From Frankiaceae bacterium (GTDB taxonomy: Bacteria > Actinomycetota > Actinomycetes > JADGOV01): a DNA stretch of 64,000 nt. The stretch lies in assembly GCA_017882785.1 (NCBI GenBank), contig JADGOV010000004.1, forward strand, positions 1,521 to 65,520, in the 5' to 3' direction. Of this stretch, positions 45,270 through 55,667 are shown in pieces; positions within the stretch are counted from its first letter, which is position 1, and each line of letters begins with the position of its first letter. The position numbers were made by a program, and so were the translations under genes. The notes under the pieces are model-generated. The model was not told the DNA's origin. It made no database searches and worked only from the letters and a program-made list of their open reading frames with translations.

Positions 45270-46240
45270 CCGGCATCCCGGACCCGCTCCGCGGCCCGTA
45301 GCCGGGCCGAGGCCGCTCGCGGGTTGGACGCGATCTCTGCGTCGTCGGCTACCTCGGCGCCGCGGGTGAGCAGCCGCAGCTCCGGCGCGCGTTCCGCGAG
45401 CCGGACCGGCAGACCCGGCGGGGTTCGGTCAGCCGCCCCAGCGCTCAGTAGCCGCTTGACGATGCGGTCCTCGAGCGACTGATAGGCGAGCACAGCAATC
45501 CGGCCACCGATTCCCAGCGAGCTCAGGGCTATGGGAACCGCACGCTGCAGGGCGGCCAACTCGCCGTTCACCTCGATGCGCAGCGCCTGGAAGACCCGCT
45601 TGGCGGGGTGGCCGCCACTGCGCCTGGCCGGTGCGGGTATGGCGCCGCGGATGACGTCCACCAGCCGGGCCGATGTCGTGAACGGCGCCCGCTCGCGCTC
45701 GACCGCGACCGCCCTGGCGATGCGTCGGGCGTAGCGTTCATCGCCGTAATTGCGCAGCACGCGGGCCAGATCGTCCACCGGGTACCTGTTCAGCACGTCC
45801 GCCGCAGTTCGCTCCGCCGCCTGATCCATTCGCATGTCAAGCGGCGCGTCCTGGGCATAGGCAAAGCCTCTCCCGGTCTCGTCGATTTGCAGTGACGACA
45901 CACCGAGGTCGAACAGGACACCGTCCACGACGGACAGCCGTTGCGCGCCAAGCACGGTCGGAAGCTCGTCGAAGACGGCGTGCACCAGGACCGTCCTGGC
46001 GGCGTAGTCGCGCAGCCGGGTCCGAGCCGCGGCCAAGGCCTCGGGGTCGCGGTCGATCCCCACCAGGCGTAGCCCCGGATGATCGTCGAGGAGAGCTGCG
46101 GCATGTCCGCCCAAGCCCACGGTGGCGTCGAGGAGCACAGCACCCGGAACCGCCAGTGCCGGCGCCAACAGGGCCCGGACACGGTCAAGGAGAACCGGAA
46201 CATGCCGCCGCGCGGCCGAGGCCGGCGGCGGCTCCGGCAT
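45266..46240 (-). CDS. rsmH: 16S rRNA m4C1402 methyltransferase
   Basis: [48 protein letters not shown]. Confidence 0.98.
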
Positions 46241-46243
46241 CAG

Positions 46244-46414
46244 TCAGCCGACGGCCCGCACCATGACGTGCGCGCAGAGCGCCACGCCGGCGGTGACCAT
46301 CAGGGTGAAGAGAAAGATGAGCAGAGTTCCCAGTACTTCTGCCCGCAGATCGGGGCTCGCGGCGTGTCCGAGCGCGGGCACAGAGTGTGCGCCGAGTGCA
46401 GGCTTGCTGTCCAT
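46244..46414 (-). CDS. 56-aa single-TM small protein between mraZ and rsmH
   Basis: MDSKPALG...EVLGTLLIFLFTLMVTAGVALCAHVMVRAVG; GAAGGG upstream; stop 3 nt before the rsmH ATG. Confidence 0.5.
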   Translation of the reverse strand: MDSKPALGAHSVPALGHAASPDLRAEVLGTLLIFLFTLMVTAGVALCAHVMVRAVG

Positions 46415-46479
46415 GTCGACCCTTCGGATGCGGAGTTCGTATACGGGAGGTAGACGCCGTCGCACAGTCCGGTCCCCGC

Positions 46480-46520
46480 CCGCTCGCACCTGGCACCGGG
46501 GAAGGTGCGCCAGGGGCATC
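46480..46520 (-). ncRNA. mraW RNA motif hairpin
   Basis: CCUGGCGC-ACCUUCCCCG-GUGCCAGG stem with a CUUCCCC loop upstream of rsmH (mraW). Boundaries approximate. Confidence 0.7.
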
Positions 46521-46622
46521 CGAGGACGTCCCTGCAAGAAGCAAGCGAACAATCGAGCGGGTGGGAAACGCACCCCACGTTTGGGGTCCTGGGTTTCGCA
46601 AAGCTACTGAGCAGGAAGCGGG

Positions 46623-47054
46623 TCAGAACAATCCAGGGAGCACCTCCTCTGAGAGGTCGGCGAAGGACTGTTCAGAGGTGGCCAGGAACGCCTGCCACGC
46701 GGGCGCGTCCCAGATCTCCACATGGTTGCTGGCCCCGATCACCGCAATGTCCCGGTCCAGGCCGGCGTACTCGCGTAAGGCTGTCGGAAGCGTGACCCGT
46801 CCCTGCTTGTCGGGGACCTCGAAGCTGGCCCCGGCGAAGAACACCCGGACGTAGTCCCGAACGGCCTTGGCTGACAACGAGGCCTGCTGGATGCGCTCGC
46901 CGAAGACGGCGAACTGCTCCTCGGCAAAGACGTAGAGGCAGCGATCCTGCCCCTTGGTCATCACCAAGCCTCCTGCCAGTTGCTCCCGAAACTTGGCCGG
47001 CAGGAAGAGCCGGCCCTTCTCGTCGAGCTTGGGGAAGTGGGTGCCGACGAACAC
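46623..47054 (-). CDS. mraZ: division/cell wall cluster repressor MraZ
   Basis: [28 protein letters not shown]; 143 aa. Confidence 0.97.
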   Translation of the reverse strand: MFVGTHFPKLDEKGRLFLPAKFREQLAGGLVMTKGQDRCLYVFAEEQFAVFGERIQQASLSAKAVRDYVRVFFAGASFEVPDKQGRVTLPTALREYAGLDRDIAVIGASNHVEIWDAPAWQAFLATSEQSFADLSEEVLPGLF

Positions 47055-47074
47055 TGCCGCCATCCCCCTCTAAG

Positions 47075-47130
47075 CTCCACTTCGCTCCACCATACTCCAC
47101 GGGGTCCCTCGGTCAACGTCTTTCGTTGAC
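47075..47130 (-). promoter_or_regulatory. dcw promoter with three MraZ boxes
   Basis: GTGGAG x3 at 10-bp spacing (47075-47100), overlapping TTGACC-N16-TATGGT. Confidence 0.8.
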
Positions 47131-47219
47131 GGTCACCCAGGTCACGTATGTCCCGCGGGAGCTTGGCTGGGCGACATTCCGACCGCCCTCCCCGATCCCG
47201 CACCGTGGGTGCGGCCCTT

Positions 47220-47283
47220 CGCCGATCATGCTCGAACGAACGTCGCGAATCGGTTGGCAACGCGCATTCGAGCATGATCGGCG
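47220..47283. repeat. 64-bp palindromic intergenic element, copy 2
   Basis: CGCCGATCATGCTCGAA...TTCGAGCATGATCGGCG. Confidence 0.9.
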
Positions 47284-47401
47284 TATGGCGGCGCGGCCCA
47301 GCGCGCAGCAACGGCTCAGCGGCTCAGCCGCGGCCGTCCTCGGACTTTCCCCACGGGCGGTACGTGCCGATGATGACGAGTATGCGAAGGGGGCGGAATC
47401 C

Positions 47402-48154
47402 GTGAGCGGGTTCATGCACGTCTACCACCGGCACATCCTCGAGCCCGGTAAGCAGCCCCTCGTTCTGCTGTTTCTTTCCTTCATCGTCGCCTTCCTCTTC
47501 ATCCGCCTCAGTGTGCGGATGATCCGCGCCGAGGTGTCCTGGTGGCCGGGCAACGTCCAGCCGGGTGGGCTGCACATCCACCACGTCGTGTTCGGCACCG
47601 CCCTGCTGATCGTGACCGGCGTGGTCTCCTTCGCGCCGCTCGCGCAGTCGCTGCTCTGGCAGAGCGTGCTCGGCGCGGGGTTCGGCATCGGCGCGGCGCT
47701 CGTCCTCGACGAATTCGCGCTGATCCTGCACCTGGAGGACGTGTACTGGACCGCGGAAGGGCGCACCTCGGTGGATGCCGTCTTCGTCGGGGTCGCCCTG
47801 ACCGGGCTGCTCCTGCTGGGCGCGGCTCCGTTCGGTGTCAACAACCTCTCCGCGTCCGAAGAGGGCGGCGGCTGGGCGGTGACCGTCAGTGTGCTGCTCA
47901 ACGCGGTCTTCGTCGTCATCACCTTCGCCAAGGGCAAGGTGTGGACCGGTCTCGTCGGCCTGCTGGTACCGGTCTTCGCGTTGGTCGGGACGATCCGGGC
48001 GGCCAGGCCCTCCTCGCTGTGGGCTCGGCGGTTCTACGGGACGGACACCTACCGCATGCACCGGGCCCTCCACCGGGAGGCGGGCTTTCGCCGTAGGGTC
48101 ACCCGCGCCCGGACGGCGCTCTCCGACGCGGTGGCCGGCAAGCCGGACGCGTGA
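47402..48154 (+). CDS. integral membrane protein (HIHH motif)
   Basis: Multiple TM segments; WWPGNV, LHIHHVVFG, LVLDEFALILHLEDVYW. Confidence 0.85.
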   Translation: MSGFMHVYHRHILEPGKQPLVLLFLSFIVAFLFIRLSVRMIRAEVSWWPGNVQPGGLHIHHVVFGTALLIVTGVVSFAPLAQSLLWQSVLGAGFGIGAALVLDEFALILHLEDVYWTAEGRTSVDAVFVGVALTGLLLLGAAPFGVNNLSASEEGGGWAVTVSVLLNAVFVVITFAKGKVWTGLVGLLVPVFALVGTIRAARPSSLWARRFYGTDTYRMHRALHREAGFRRRVTRARTALSDAVAGKPDA

Positions 48155-48294
48155 TCAGCGCCTGCACTCGGAGCTCCCGGGCCGCCAGCTGCCTCGAGCG
48201 TCCCCCGTCGTCACACTGGCGATAACCGGCGAACAGAGTGACACTGAACGGGGCCCAGGACAGGGCGCCCCCCCGAGCGAACGAGGGAGGTCCG

Positions 48295-49287
48295 GTGAAG
48301 GCGAGCGCGGCGCCCACGGAACATCCCGCCGACCTCGACGGGCTCACCACCGCCGCCGCCCGGGTCAGTGGCGCCGTCGAGCAGGTGATCGAGGGCAAGC
48401 CCGACGTCGTCCGACTGGCGCTGACCGTGCTGCTGGCCGAGGGTCACCTGCTGATCGAGGACGTGCCCGGGGTTGGCAAGACCATGCTGGCCAAGGCGCT
48501 GGCCCGGTCCATCGACTGCTCGGTCCGCCGCATCCAGTTCACCCCCGACCTGCTGCCCAGCGACGTGACCGGTGTGTCCGTCTACAACCAGGAGCTCCGC
48601 GAGTTCGACTTCAAGCCCGGTGCGGTGTTCGCCAACATCGTGGTCGGCGACGAGATCAACCGAGCCTCCCCGAAGACCCAGTCCGCGCTGCTGGAGTGCA
48701 TGGAGGAACGTCAGGTCACCGTCGACACGGTGACCTACGAGCTCGAGCCGCCGTTCATGGTGATCGCCACCCAGAACCCGATAGAGATGGAGGGCACGTA
48801 TCCGCTGCCTGAGGCCCAGCGGGACCGCTTCATGGCCCGGGTGTCCATGGGGTATCCATCCCAGCTGGCCGAGTTGGCCATGTTGGACAGCCACTCGAGC
48901 ACCTCCCCGCTCGATGACCTCGAGCCGGTCACGGACGCCCGCGAGGTGAGCAAACTCATCGACGCGGTCCGGCAGGTCTACGTCGCCGAGTCGCTGCGGC
49001 GCTACACCGTCGAGGTTGTGACCGCCACCCGCACCTCCCGGGAACTCCGTCTGGGCGCCTCCCCGCGGGCCTCACTGCACCTGGTCCGGGCCGCGCGAGC
49101 GGCCGCCGCGCTGGACGGACGGGACTTCGTCCTGCCAGATGACATCCAAGCCCTTGCCGTGTCAGTGCTGGCCCACCGGCTCCTCCCCAGTCCGGAAGCG
49201 CAGATCTCCCGACACCCCCCGGAGGAGGTGGTCCGGAGCATCCTGGCCGCGGTGCCGGTACCCATGGGTGGGGCTCGGGGACGCTGA
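48295..49287 (+). CDS. MoxR-family AAA+ ATPase
   Basis: EDVPGVGKT, RIQFTPDLLPSD, DEINR, ATQNP, LPEAQRDRF. Confidence 0.96.
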   Translation: MKASAAPTEHPADLDGLTTAAARVSGAVEQVIEGKPDVVRLALTVLLAEGHLLIEDVPGVGKTMLAKALARSIDCSVRRIQFTPDLLPSDVTGVSVYNQELREFDFKPGAVFANIVVGDEINRASPKTQSALLECMEERQVTVDTVTYELEPPFMVIATQNPIEMEGTYPLPEAQRDRFMARVSMGYPSQLAELAMLDSHSSTSPLDDLEPVTDAREVSKLIDAVRQVYVAESLRRYTVEVVTATRTSRELRLGASPRASLHLVRAARAAAALDGRDFVLPDDIQALAVSVLAHRLLPSPEAQISRHPPEEVVRSILAAVPVPMGGARGR

Positions 49288-49288
49288 G

Positions 49289-50650
49289 GTGGCCCAAATA
49301 TTTGGGCCAGTATTCGGCCAGGTATCCGGGCGGCTGTCCGGCCTGACCGTCCGGGGCCGCTGCTTCATGGCCTCAGGGGTAGCGTGCGCCGCCTGCGGCG
49401 TCCTCTTCGGTGAACGCGACCTGATGCGCCTGGGCGTCTTCCTGCTCGCCTTGCCGGTCCTGGCGCTGGTCGCGCTCTACCGCACGCGTTACCGCATGTC
49501 CTGCACGCGTCGGCTGGACCCGGCCCGGATTCCCGTCGGTCGATCGACGAACGTCACCCTGCGCTTGGAGAACCTGTCCCGGCTGCCGACCGGACTGTTG
49601 CTCGGCGAGGACCGGCTGCCCTACATCCTCGGCGGCCGCCCCCGGTTCGTGCTCGACCGCGTGGAGCCGATGGGTGTCCGGGAGGTCGGATACGACCTTC
49701 GGTCCGAGATCCGCGGCCGGTTCCCGCTCGGCCCGCTGACCATCCGACTCGCCGACCCCTTCGGACTGGCCGAACTGACCCGCTCCTTCACCAACCGGGA
49801 CACCCTCGTCGTCACCCCCGAGGTCGTGCGGCTGCCGCGGGTCGCGTTGGGCGGTGAGTGGTCCGGCGGCGGCGACAGCCGAGCCCGCTCCGTGGCCAGC
49901 GCCGGCCAGCAGGATGTCGCGCCGCGGGAGTATCGGGACGGGGACGACCTGCGCCGGGTGCACTGGCGATCCACCGCCCGCTACGGCGAACTCATGGTGC
50001 GCCAGGAGGAGCAGCCCTGGCAGGCGCGAGCCTCGATGCTGCTCGACACCCGGGTGGCGGCGCACCGCGGAGAGGGCCCGGACTCCTCCTTCGAATGGGC
50101 GGTGACCGCGGCGGCCTCGATCTCGGTGCACCTGGCTCGAGGAGGGTACGTGCTGCGATTCCTCGACGACGCGGGCGAGGAGTTGGCCGGGGACGGTGAA
50201 GCCGAACCGGAGAGTCGCTTGCTCGACTCGCTGGCCGTGGTGGAGCGCAGCGGCGGCACTTCGTTGATCAGTGGGCTGGAAGGCCTGCGCCGTGGCGGCG
50301 GTGAGGGTTTGCTGGTGGCCGTCCTGGGTCTGCTCTCCCCGGCGGAGGTGCAGGCCGTGGCCCGGCTCCGCCACGGTGGCACCACATCGGTGGCCCTGCT
50401 GCTGGACGCCGAGTCCTGGCTCGCCGACCCGGCGCAGGAGGGTCGCGAATCGGGTCGCGGCGGCAGCGTCGCGTACCAGGCCAACCAGGCGATGCTGCGG
50501 GCCGCCGGCTGGCGGGTCATCCCGGTAGCCCGCGGCGCCACCGTGCCCGACGTGTGGCAGGTTGCCGGCGCCAAGCTCGCGCCTCGACGACGGATCGACG
50601 CGGTCGGCGGCTTCCTCGGCGCAGCGGCCCACACCGGAGGTCACCGGTGA
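49289..50650 (+). CDS. DUF58 domain protein
   Basis: DPFGL, REYRDGDDLRRVHWRSTAR, LMVRQEE. Confidence 0.93.
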   Translation: MAQIFGPVFGQVSGRLSGLTVRGRCFMASGVACAACGVLFGERDLMRLGVFLLALPVLALVALYRTRYRMSCTRRLDPARIPVGRSTNVTLRLENLSRLPTGLLLGEDRLPYILGGRPRFVLDRVEPMGVREVGYDLRSEIRGRFPLGPLTIRLADPFGLAELTRSFTNRDTLVVTPEVVRLPRVALGGEWSGGGDSRARSVASAGQQDVAPREYRDGDDLRRVHWRSTARYGELMVRQEEQPWQARASMLLDTRVAAHRGEGPDSSFEWAVTAAASISVHLARGGYVLRFLDDAGEELAGDGEAEPESRLLDSLAVVERSGGTSLISGLEGLRRGGGEGLLVAVLGLLSPAEVQAVARLRHGGTTSVALLLDAESWLADPAQEGRESGRGGSVAYQANQAMLRAAGWRVIPVARGATVPDVWQVAGAKLAPRRRIDAVGGFLGAAAHTGGHR

Positions 50651-53088
50651 CCGACCGTGATCGACTCTCGCTGTGTGCTGCGGCAGCCACCGCGCTGACG
50701 TGCAGCGTGCTGTTTTCGATCTTTCTGGGCGCCCGGTGGGTGCCGGCGCTGCTCGGCGTCGTCGTCGTTGTCGCCTCGTTCAGCGCGCTCGGCCGCTGGC
50801 TGCGGCTGCCGGCGGCCCTGGGCCCGGTGTTCACCGCCGCCGGGTTGGCGATGTACGTGACCGCGGTGTTCGCCTCCTCGGCCGCGATCGGACGGATACT
50901 GCCTGGTCCGGCGGCGCTACGGGTGCTCCGGACCCGGGTGGACGGGGGGTTCGCCGACATCCAGGCGCTCGCTCCGCCGGTCCCCAGTGATTCTGGCGTG
51001 CTGCTCATCACCGTGCTCGGCGTTGCCGCGGTGGCGCTTGCTGTCGACGTCCTGGCGGCCACGCTGCGCCGACCGCCGCTGGCCGGCGTGCCTCTGCTCG
51101 CAGTGTTCGCCGTACCCGCCGCGTTATCCCCGCAGGGCAGCGGCGTCGTCCCGTTCGCGCTGTCGGTGAGTGGATATCTGCTTCTGCTCGGTGCCGACAA
51201 CCAGGATCGGGTGGCCCGTTGGGGCCGGCCGCTGCGCACGACGGCCCAACTGGACGCCTTGAGTCGACTCACCTCCGCCAGTTACGCCGAGGAGCCCCCC
51301 ACCGCTGCGATGGGTCGCCGGATCGGTCTGGGCGCCATTGGGCTGGCGCTGCTCGTCCCCGTACTCATCCCCGGTCTGCACGTCGGGTACCTCGGCGGCA
51401 CGGGCGGTTCCGGGGTGGGACCCGGCGGCGGCCACGGCAGCAGCGTGACCACGTACAACCCCATCGTCCGACTGCGCGATCAGCTCACCGCGACGCGGAC
51501 CACCGTGCTCCTGCGCGTCCGCACGGCCGGCGGCAATCCCAATGGTTACCTGCGGATGGCCGCCCTCGACGTCTTCGACGGCAGTACGTGGTCGCAGGGG
51601 TCGCTGCGCGCCAGCAGGTCAGATCGGGTCTCGGCCCCGTCGGCGCTGCCGCACCCGGCGCTTCCCGGACCCACCACCCGGGCGTCGGTAGCGGTCTCCA
51701 CCGACCTCGTCGCCCGATGGCTGCCGCTGCCCTACCAACCCACGAGCATCAGCATCCAGGGCGACTGGCGGTATGAGAACCGGACCGGGACGGTGTTCTC
51801 CACCCGCGACACCACCCGTGGGCAGACCTACACGGTGTCCTCCGCGCAGCTGTCGGCGAACCCGACGACGCTCGACAAGGCCCAACTCGCCCCAGCCGAC
51901 CAACCGGCCTTCAGCGCCTACGTCTCCTACCCCCGCAACCTGCCGCGAGTGATCAGAGACACTGTCGACGGCATCGTGTCGCAGGCGAAGGCCACAACGC
52001 CCTATCAGCAGGCCGTTGCCATCCAGGACTACTTCCGCTCGGGCCGGTTCACCTACAGCCTGCGGGTCCCGGCGGGCAACAGCGATGACGCCGTCGTCAA
52101 CTTCCTGCAGGCGCGCCGGGGCTTCTGCGAGCAGTTCGCCGCCACCATGGCGCTCTTCGCGCGGATGGAGGGCATCCCCGCCCGCGTGGCCGTGGGTTTC
52201 ACCTACGGTGAGCGGGCCGCCGACGGGGAGTACGTCGTCACCACGAAGGACGCTCACGCCTGGCCGGAGCTCTATTTCCCCGGCGCCGGCTGGTTGCCCT
52301 TCGAGCCCACCCCCGTCGCCGGCCGAGCGCAGACCGTGCCGCCGGCGTACACCGGCGGCGGAGGCACGACTGGAGCTGCCGCCAGCAGCGACCTCGCCGT
52401 CCGGAGCCAGCAGCGCGGCTCCCTGCAGGACCGCCGTTTCGGCAACCGGGACGAGGAGGCGGGCGGATCGGTCCCCGCGGCCTCGCCGAAGGCGAGGACC
52501 GCCACGTTCAGCACTCGATGGCGGTGGACCGTCGCCGCGGTGGGGGCGGCGTCCCTGCTGCTGACTCCAGCGCTGATCAGGGTTGCCGCCCGGCGGCGAC
52601 GATGGCGCCGGGTCCGCTCCGCCGCCTGGCCGGCGATGCCGACGGCAGCCGCGCACGCCGCCTGGCAGGACCTGCGCGAGGACGCCCTCGACTTCGGCCT
52701 GCCCTGGCCGGCGAGCGCTTCCCCCCGCGGCGCCGCCGCCTGGCTGCGTGCCCGGGTGACCCTACCGCTCGTGGCCGCCACCGCACTCGACATGCTCGTC
52801 CGCGCCGAGGAACGGGCGAGTTTCCGCCCCGACGGCCGTGAAGGGATGGCCGGAGCAACTGCCGGGTTGCCGGCGGCCGAGCTCCGAGCCGCGGCCGCGA
52901 CGGTCCGGGCAGCCTTGGTCCGCCACGCCGGGCCTCGTCGACGGTGGCGGGCCAGGCTGGCGCCGAGCTCCGCGCTGGAGCGCCTGCGGGTAGCCGCCGG
53001 CCGGCTGGCCGTTGTCGGGGACCGGGCGGACCGCGCCCTCGCCCGCATCACCCGTACGCTGCTGCGCCGTCGGCCGGCCGCTCGCTAG
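50647..53088 (+). CDS. membrane transglutaminase-like (TgpA/DUF3488) protein
   Basis: N-terminal TM segments; GFCEQFA, GIPARVAVGF, HAWPE, FEPTP. Confidence 0.92.
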   Translation: MTDRDRLSLCAAAATALTCSVLFSIFLGARWVPALLGVVVVVASFSALGRWLRLPAALGPVFTAAGLAMYVTAVFASSAAIGRILPGPAALRVLRTRVDGGFADIQALAPPVPSDSGVLLITVLGVAAVALAVDVLAATLRRPPLAGVPLLAVFAVPAALSPQGSGVVPFALSVSGYLLLLGADNQDRVARWGRPLRTTAQLDALSRLTSASYAEEPPTAAMGRRIGLGAIGLALLVPVLIPGLHVGYLGGTGGSGVGPGGGHGSSVTTYNPIVRLRDQLTATRTTVLLRVRTAGGNPNGYLRMAALDVFDGSTWSQGSLRASRSDRVSAPSALPHPALPGPTTRASVAVSTDLVARWLPLPYQPTSISIQGDWRYENRTGTVFSTRDTTRGQTYTVSSAQLSANPTTLDKAQLAPADQPAFSAYVSYPRNLPRVIRDTVDGIVSQAKATTPYQQAVAIQDYFRSGRFTYSLRVPAGNSDDAVVNFLQARRGFCEQFAATMALFARMEGIPARVAVGFTYGERAADGEYVVTTKDAHAWPELYFPGAGWLPFEPTPVAGRAQTVPPAYTGGGGTTGAAASSDLAVRSQQRGSLQDRRFGNRDEEAGGSVPAASPKARTATFSTRWRWTVAAVGAASLLLTPALIRVAARRRRWRRVRSAAWPAMPTAAAHAAWQDLREDALDFGLPWPASASPRGAAAWLRARVTLPLVAATALDMLVRAEERASFRPDGREGMAGATAGLPAAELRAAAATVRAALVRHAGPRRRWRARLAPSSALERLRVAAGRLAVVGDRADRALARITRTLLRRRPAAR

Positions 53089-53309
53089 CGGCTTCGACAG
53101 GTCCGCCCGCGGTCATTGGCCTATCGTCAGGCGCCTCTGAGGCGACGAACCCGCAGCTGAGGCCCCCTGAAGGGCGTGATGTTCGCGTCGGGTTCCCGAC
53201 GTGATGGAGGGTGGGCCGGTTGAGCGGCCGACACCCGCTGCGCTGATCGCTGGCGCCCATCCGGCGAGCCACGCTAGGTCCGAGAACCGGCAGGCTGCAC
53301 GCTGTTCTC

Positions 53310-53816
53310 ATGCGCACACTCGTCATCGTCCGGCATGCCAAGGCTGAATCCCCGGACGGCGTTCGCGACATCGACCGTCACCTCTCGGCGCGGGGCCGGC
53401 GGGACTCCCGGCAGGCGGGCACATGGCTGCGCCACTCGACCAAGCGTCCGGACCTCGTGCTGTCATCGCCGTCCCGACGGACCATGGAGACTGCCGATGA
53501 GATAGTCAGCGGCTACGACGCTCCTGCCCCCACGGTGCGCTCCGAGCAGCGGCTCTACGAGGCGTCCCTCTCCGATGTCCTCGAGGTGCTCCGCGCCCTG
53601 CCCAAGAAGGCCGGCACGGTCGTCCTCATCGGCCACAACCCGTCGGTGAGTGCTCTGGCCACCGAGCTGGCGGGACAGCCGGTTGATCTGCGGACCTGCG
53701 GTGTGGCGGTCGTATCGGTCCCACGCGCCTGGGCCGAGATCGCCGGGGGAGGGGGCTTGCTGGAGACGGTACAGACGCCACGGGGGGTGAAACCCCACGA
53801 TTCAGGCGCGTCGTGA
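53310..53816 (+). CDS. SixA-like phosphohistidine phosphatase
   Basis: VRHAKA, SSPSRRT, LYEA, IGHNP. Confidence 0.9.
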   Translation: MRTLVIVRHAKAESPDGVRDIDRHLSARGRRDSRQAGTWLRHSTKRPDLVLSSPSRRTMETADEIVSGYDAPAPTVRSEQRLYEASLSDVLEVLRALPKKAGTVVLIGHNPSVSALATELAGQPVDLRTCGVAVVSVPRAWAEIAGGGGLLETVQTPRGVKPHDSGAS

Positions 53817-53817
53817 G

Positions 53818-54243
53818 TCAGTGGCCACGCTCATCCCAGCGGCGGCGCCAGCGCTCCTCCAGACGACCCTTCCAGGATCCGCGCCGCCGTTCCCGACGGG
53901 GCCGCAGGCGTGTCACGGCGGCGACGCTGGGGGCGCCCTGGGGTCGATTCTGCCGGCCACCCTCCCGATGACCGGTCAGCCGCTGCCAGCTCGTCACACC
54001 GAACAGCAACGCGGCCAGCATCACCACGAAACCGAAGACACCGACCAGTGGTTCCTTGCTGATCACTCCGACCATCAGCAGGATGATGCCGAGGATGAAC
54101 AGGAGCGCGCAGCGCAGGATGCGTCGCGAGTAGTGCTTGCGAAGATTGGTGGAGCGATAGGACGAGGCAAACTTCGGGTCCTCGGCGTACAGCGCGCGCT
54201 CGATCTGGTCGAGCAGGCGCTGCTCGTGGTCAGAGAGCGGCAC
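53818..54243 (-). CDS. DUF3040 membrane protein
   Basis: PLSDHEQRLLDQIERALYAEDPKFA, two TMs, EERWRRR. Confidence 0.9.
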   Translation of the reverse strand: MPLSDHEQRLLDQIERALYAEDPKFASSYRSTNLRKHYSRRILRCALLFILGIILLMVGVISKEPLVGVFGFVVMLAALLFGVTSWQRLTGHREGGRQNRPQGAPSVAAVTRLRPRRERRRGSWKGRLEERWRRRWDERGH

Positions 54244-54438
54244 GGTGCTCCTCCCAGGTGGCCGGCGCGGGTGCCAGGAGGACATCGAACCTCTGCCACG
54301 TCGCGAAAGCGGATCCGCAGGACTTGAGGATACGGTCGGTCGGGCCGCCGCGAAAGCAGTCCAGGCAGGCTCGCACCGCGCTTTCCCCCGCTGATCCAGA
54401 CTCCAGCACCGCTCGGATGGTACGCCTGTCCGAAGTGG

Positions 54439-55638
54439 TCACGGTCCGGGGTCCGGCGGACGGCGGCCGAAGAGCGTCCCGGGGCGCACGGCACCGGCGC
54501 CGAAACGTCGAGCAGCCCGGTCGGCTGCCTGCTCGGCCTCCCGCCAGCCGAAGGCCCGCTGGCCGAGCACGAGTTGCCGCGGTTGGGCAGCTGCCGGGCC
54601 CAGCCCCTCCACCCGGACGCCGACCAGCCGGAGCCGAGCCCGCTGCAAGCCCAGACGATCGACCAACGCGGTGGCCACCGCGTAGATGTCTCGGCCCACG
54701 TCGGTCGCCTCGGGCAGCGTTCGCGACCGCGTTATCGTGCTGAAGTCGGAAAATCGAATCTTGACGCTGACGGTGCGGCCGACCTGCCCGCTGTCCCGGA
54801 GCCGGCCTGCGGTGCGTTCGGACAGCCGGAGCAGCTCCCGGCGGATCCGTACCGGATCGTCCACGTCCCGCTCGAAGGTCTCCTCCGAGCCGATGCTCCG
54901 ATCGGGCTCAGTGGGGATGACCGATCGTGGATCGCGGCCCCAGGCGAGGGCGGCCAGGTGGGCACCGGCCGCCGATCCGACGGCCCGTTGCAAGGTGGAT
55001 ACCGGGGTGTCCGCCAGATCACCCACCGTCCGCAGGCCGAGTCGGAGAAGGCTCTCCTCGGTGCGCTCCCCCACACCCCACAGGGCGGCCACTGGCAGTG
55101 GATGCAGGAAGGCGACCACCCGTTCGGGCGGCACCGCCAGCAGTCCGTCGGGCTTGGCCCGCGTCGAGGCCAGCTTGGCGACGAACTTGGTGCTGGCCAC
55201 CCCGACCGAGCAGGGGATGTCCTGCTCGTCGGCGATCCGGGCACGGATCCACTCGCCGATCTCGACCGGCCCGCCCAGTCGGCGACGGGCACCGGACACC
55301 TCGAGGAAGGCCTCGTCGAGCGCGATCGGTTCGACCAGCGGGGTGACCGATCGGAACACCTCCATGATGCCGGCGGACACCGCGGAGTAGGCGGCGAAGT
55401 CGGGCGGGATCACGACCGCGTCCGGGCAGAGTCGGTGGGCACGGCTCATGGGTAGCGCGCTGCGCACACCGAAGGCCCGCGCCTCATACGTTGCCGACAG
55501 CACGACCCCACGGGTGCTGGAGCCACCCACGATCACCGGCTGGCCGCGCAGCTCGGGGTGCCGCCGCAGTTCCACGCTGGCGTAGAAGGCGTCCATGTCG
55601 ACGTGCAGGATCGAGCACGCCGCCGCGTGCCCTGTCAT
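54439..55638 (-). CDS. dinB: Y-family DNA polymerase IV
   Basis: HVDMDAFYASVE, YEARAFGV, LDEAF, AKLAS..AKPDG; QLVLG clamp-like motif. Confidence 0.96.
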   Translation of the reverse strand: MTGHAAACSILHVDMDAFYASVELRRHPELRGQPVIVGGSSTRGVVLSATYEARAFGVRSALPMSRAHRLCPDAVVIPPDFAAYSAVSAGIMEVFRSVTPLVEPIALDEAFLEVSGARRRLGGPVEIGEWIRARIADEQDIPCSVGVASTKFVAKLASTRAKPDGLLAVPPERVVAFLHPLPVAALWGVGERTEESLLRLGLRTVGDLADTPVSTLQRAVGSAAGAHLAALAWGRDPRSVIPTEPDRSIGSEETFERDVDDPVRIRRELLRLSERTAGRLRDSGQVGRTVSVKIRFSDFSTITRSRTLPEATDVGRDIYAVATALVDRLGLQRARLRLVGVRVEGLGPAAAQPRQLVLGQRAFGWREAEQAADRAARRFGAGAVRPGTLFGRRPPDPGP

Positions 55639-55667
55639 GGGAACGCTGTCATGGGAACGCTGTCATG
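55632..55667. repeat. 14-bp tandem repeat x2.6 across the dinB start codon
   Basis: ctgtcatgggaacg ctgtcatgggaacg ctgtcatg. Confidence 0.9.

Noticed and set aside
48295..53088. MoxR-DUF58-transglutaminase triad as a novel system
   Set aside because: Widely recurring arrangement beside mraZ in actinobacteria; nothing unusual seen here.
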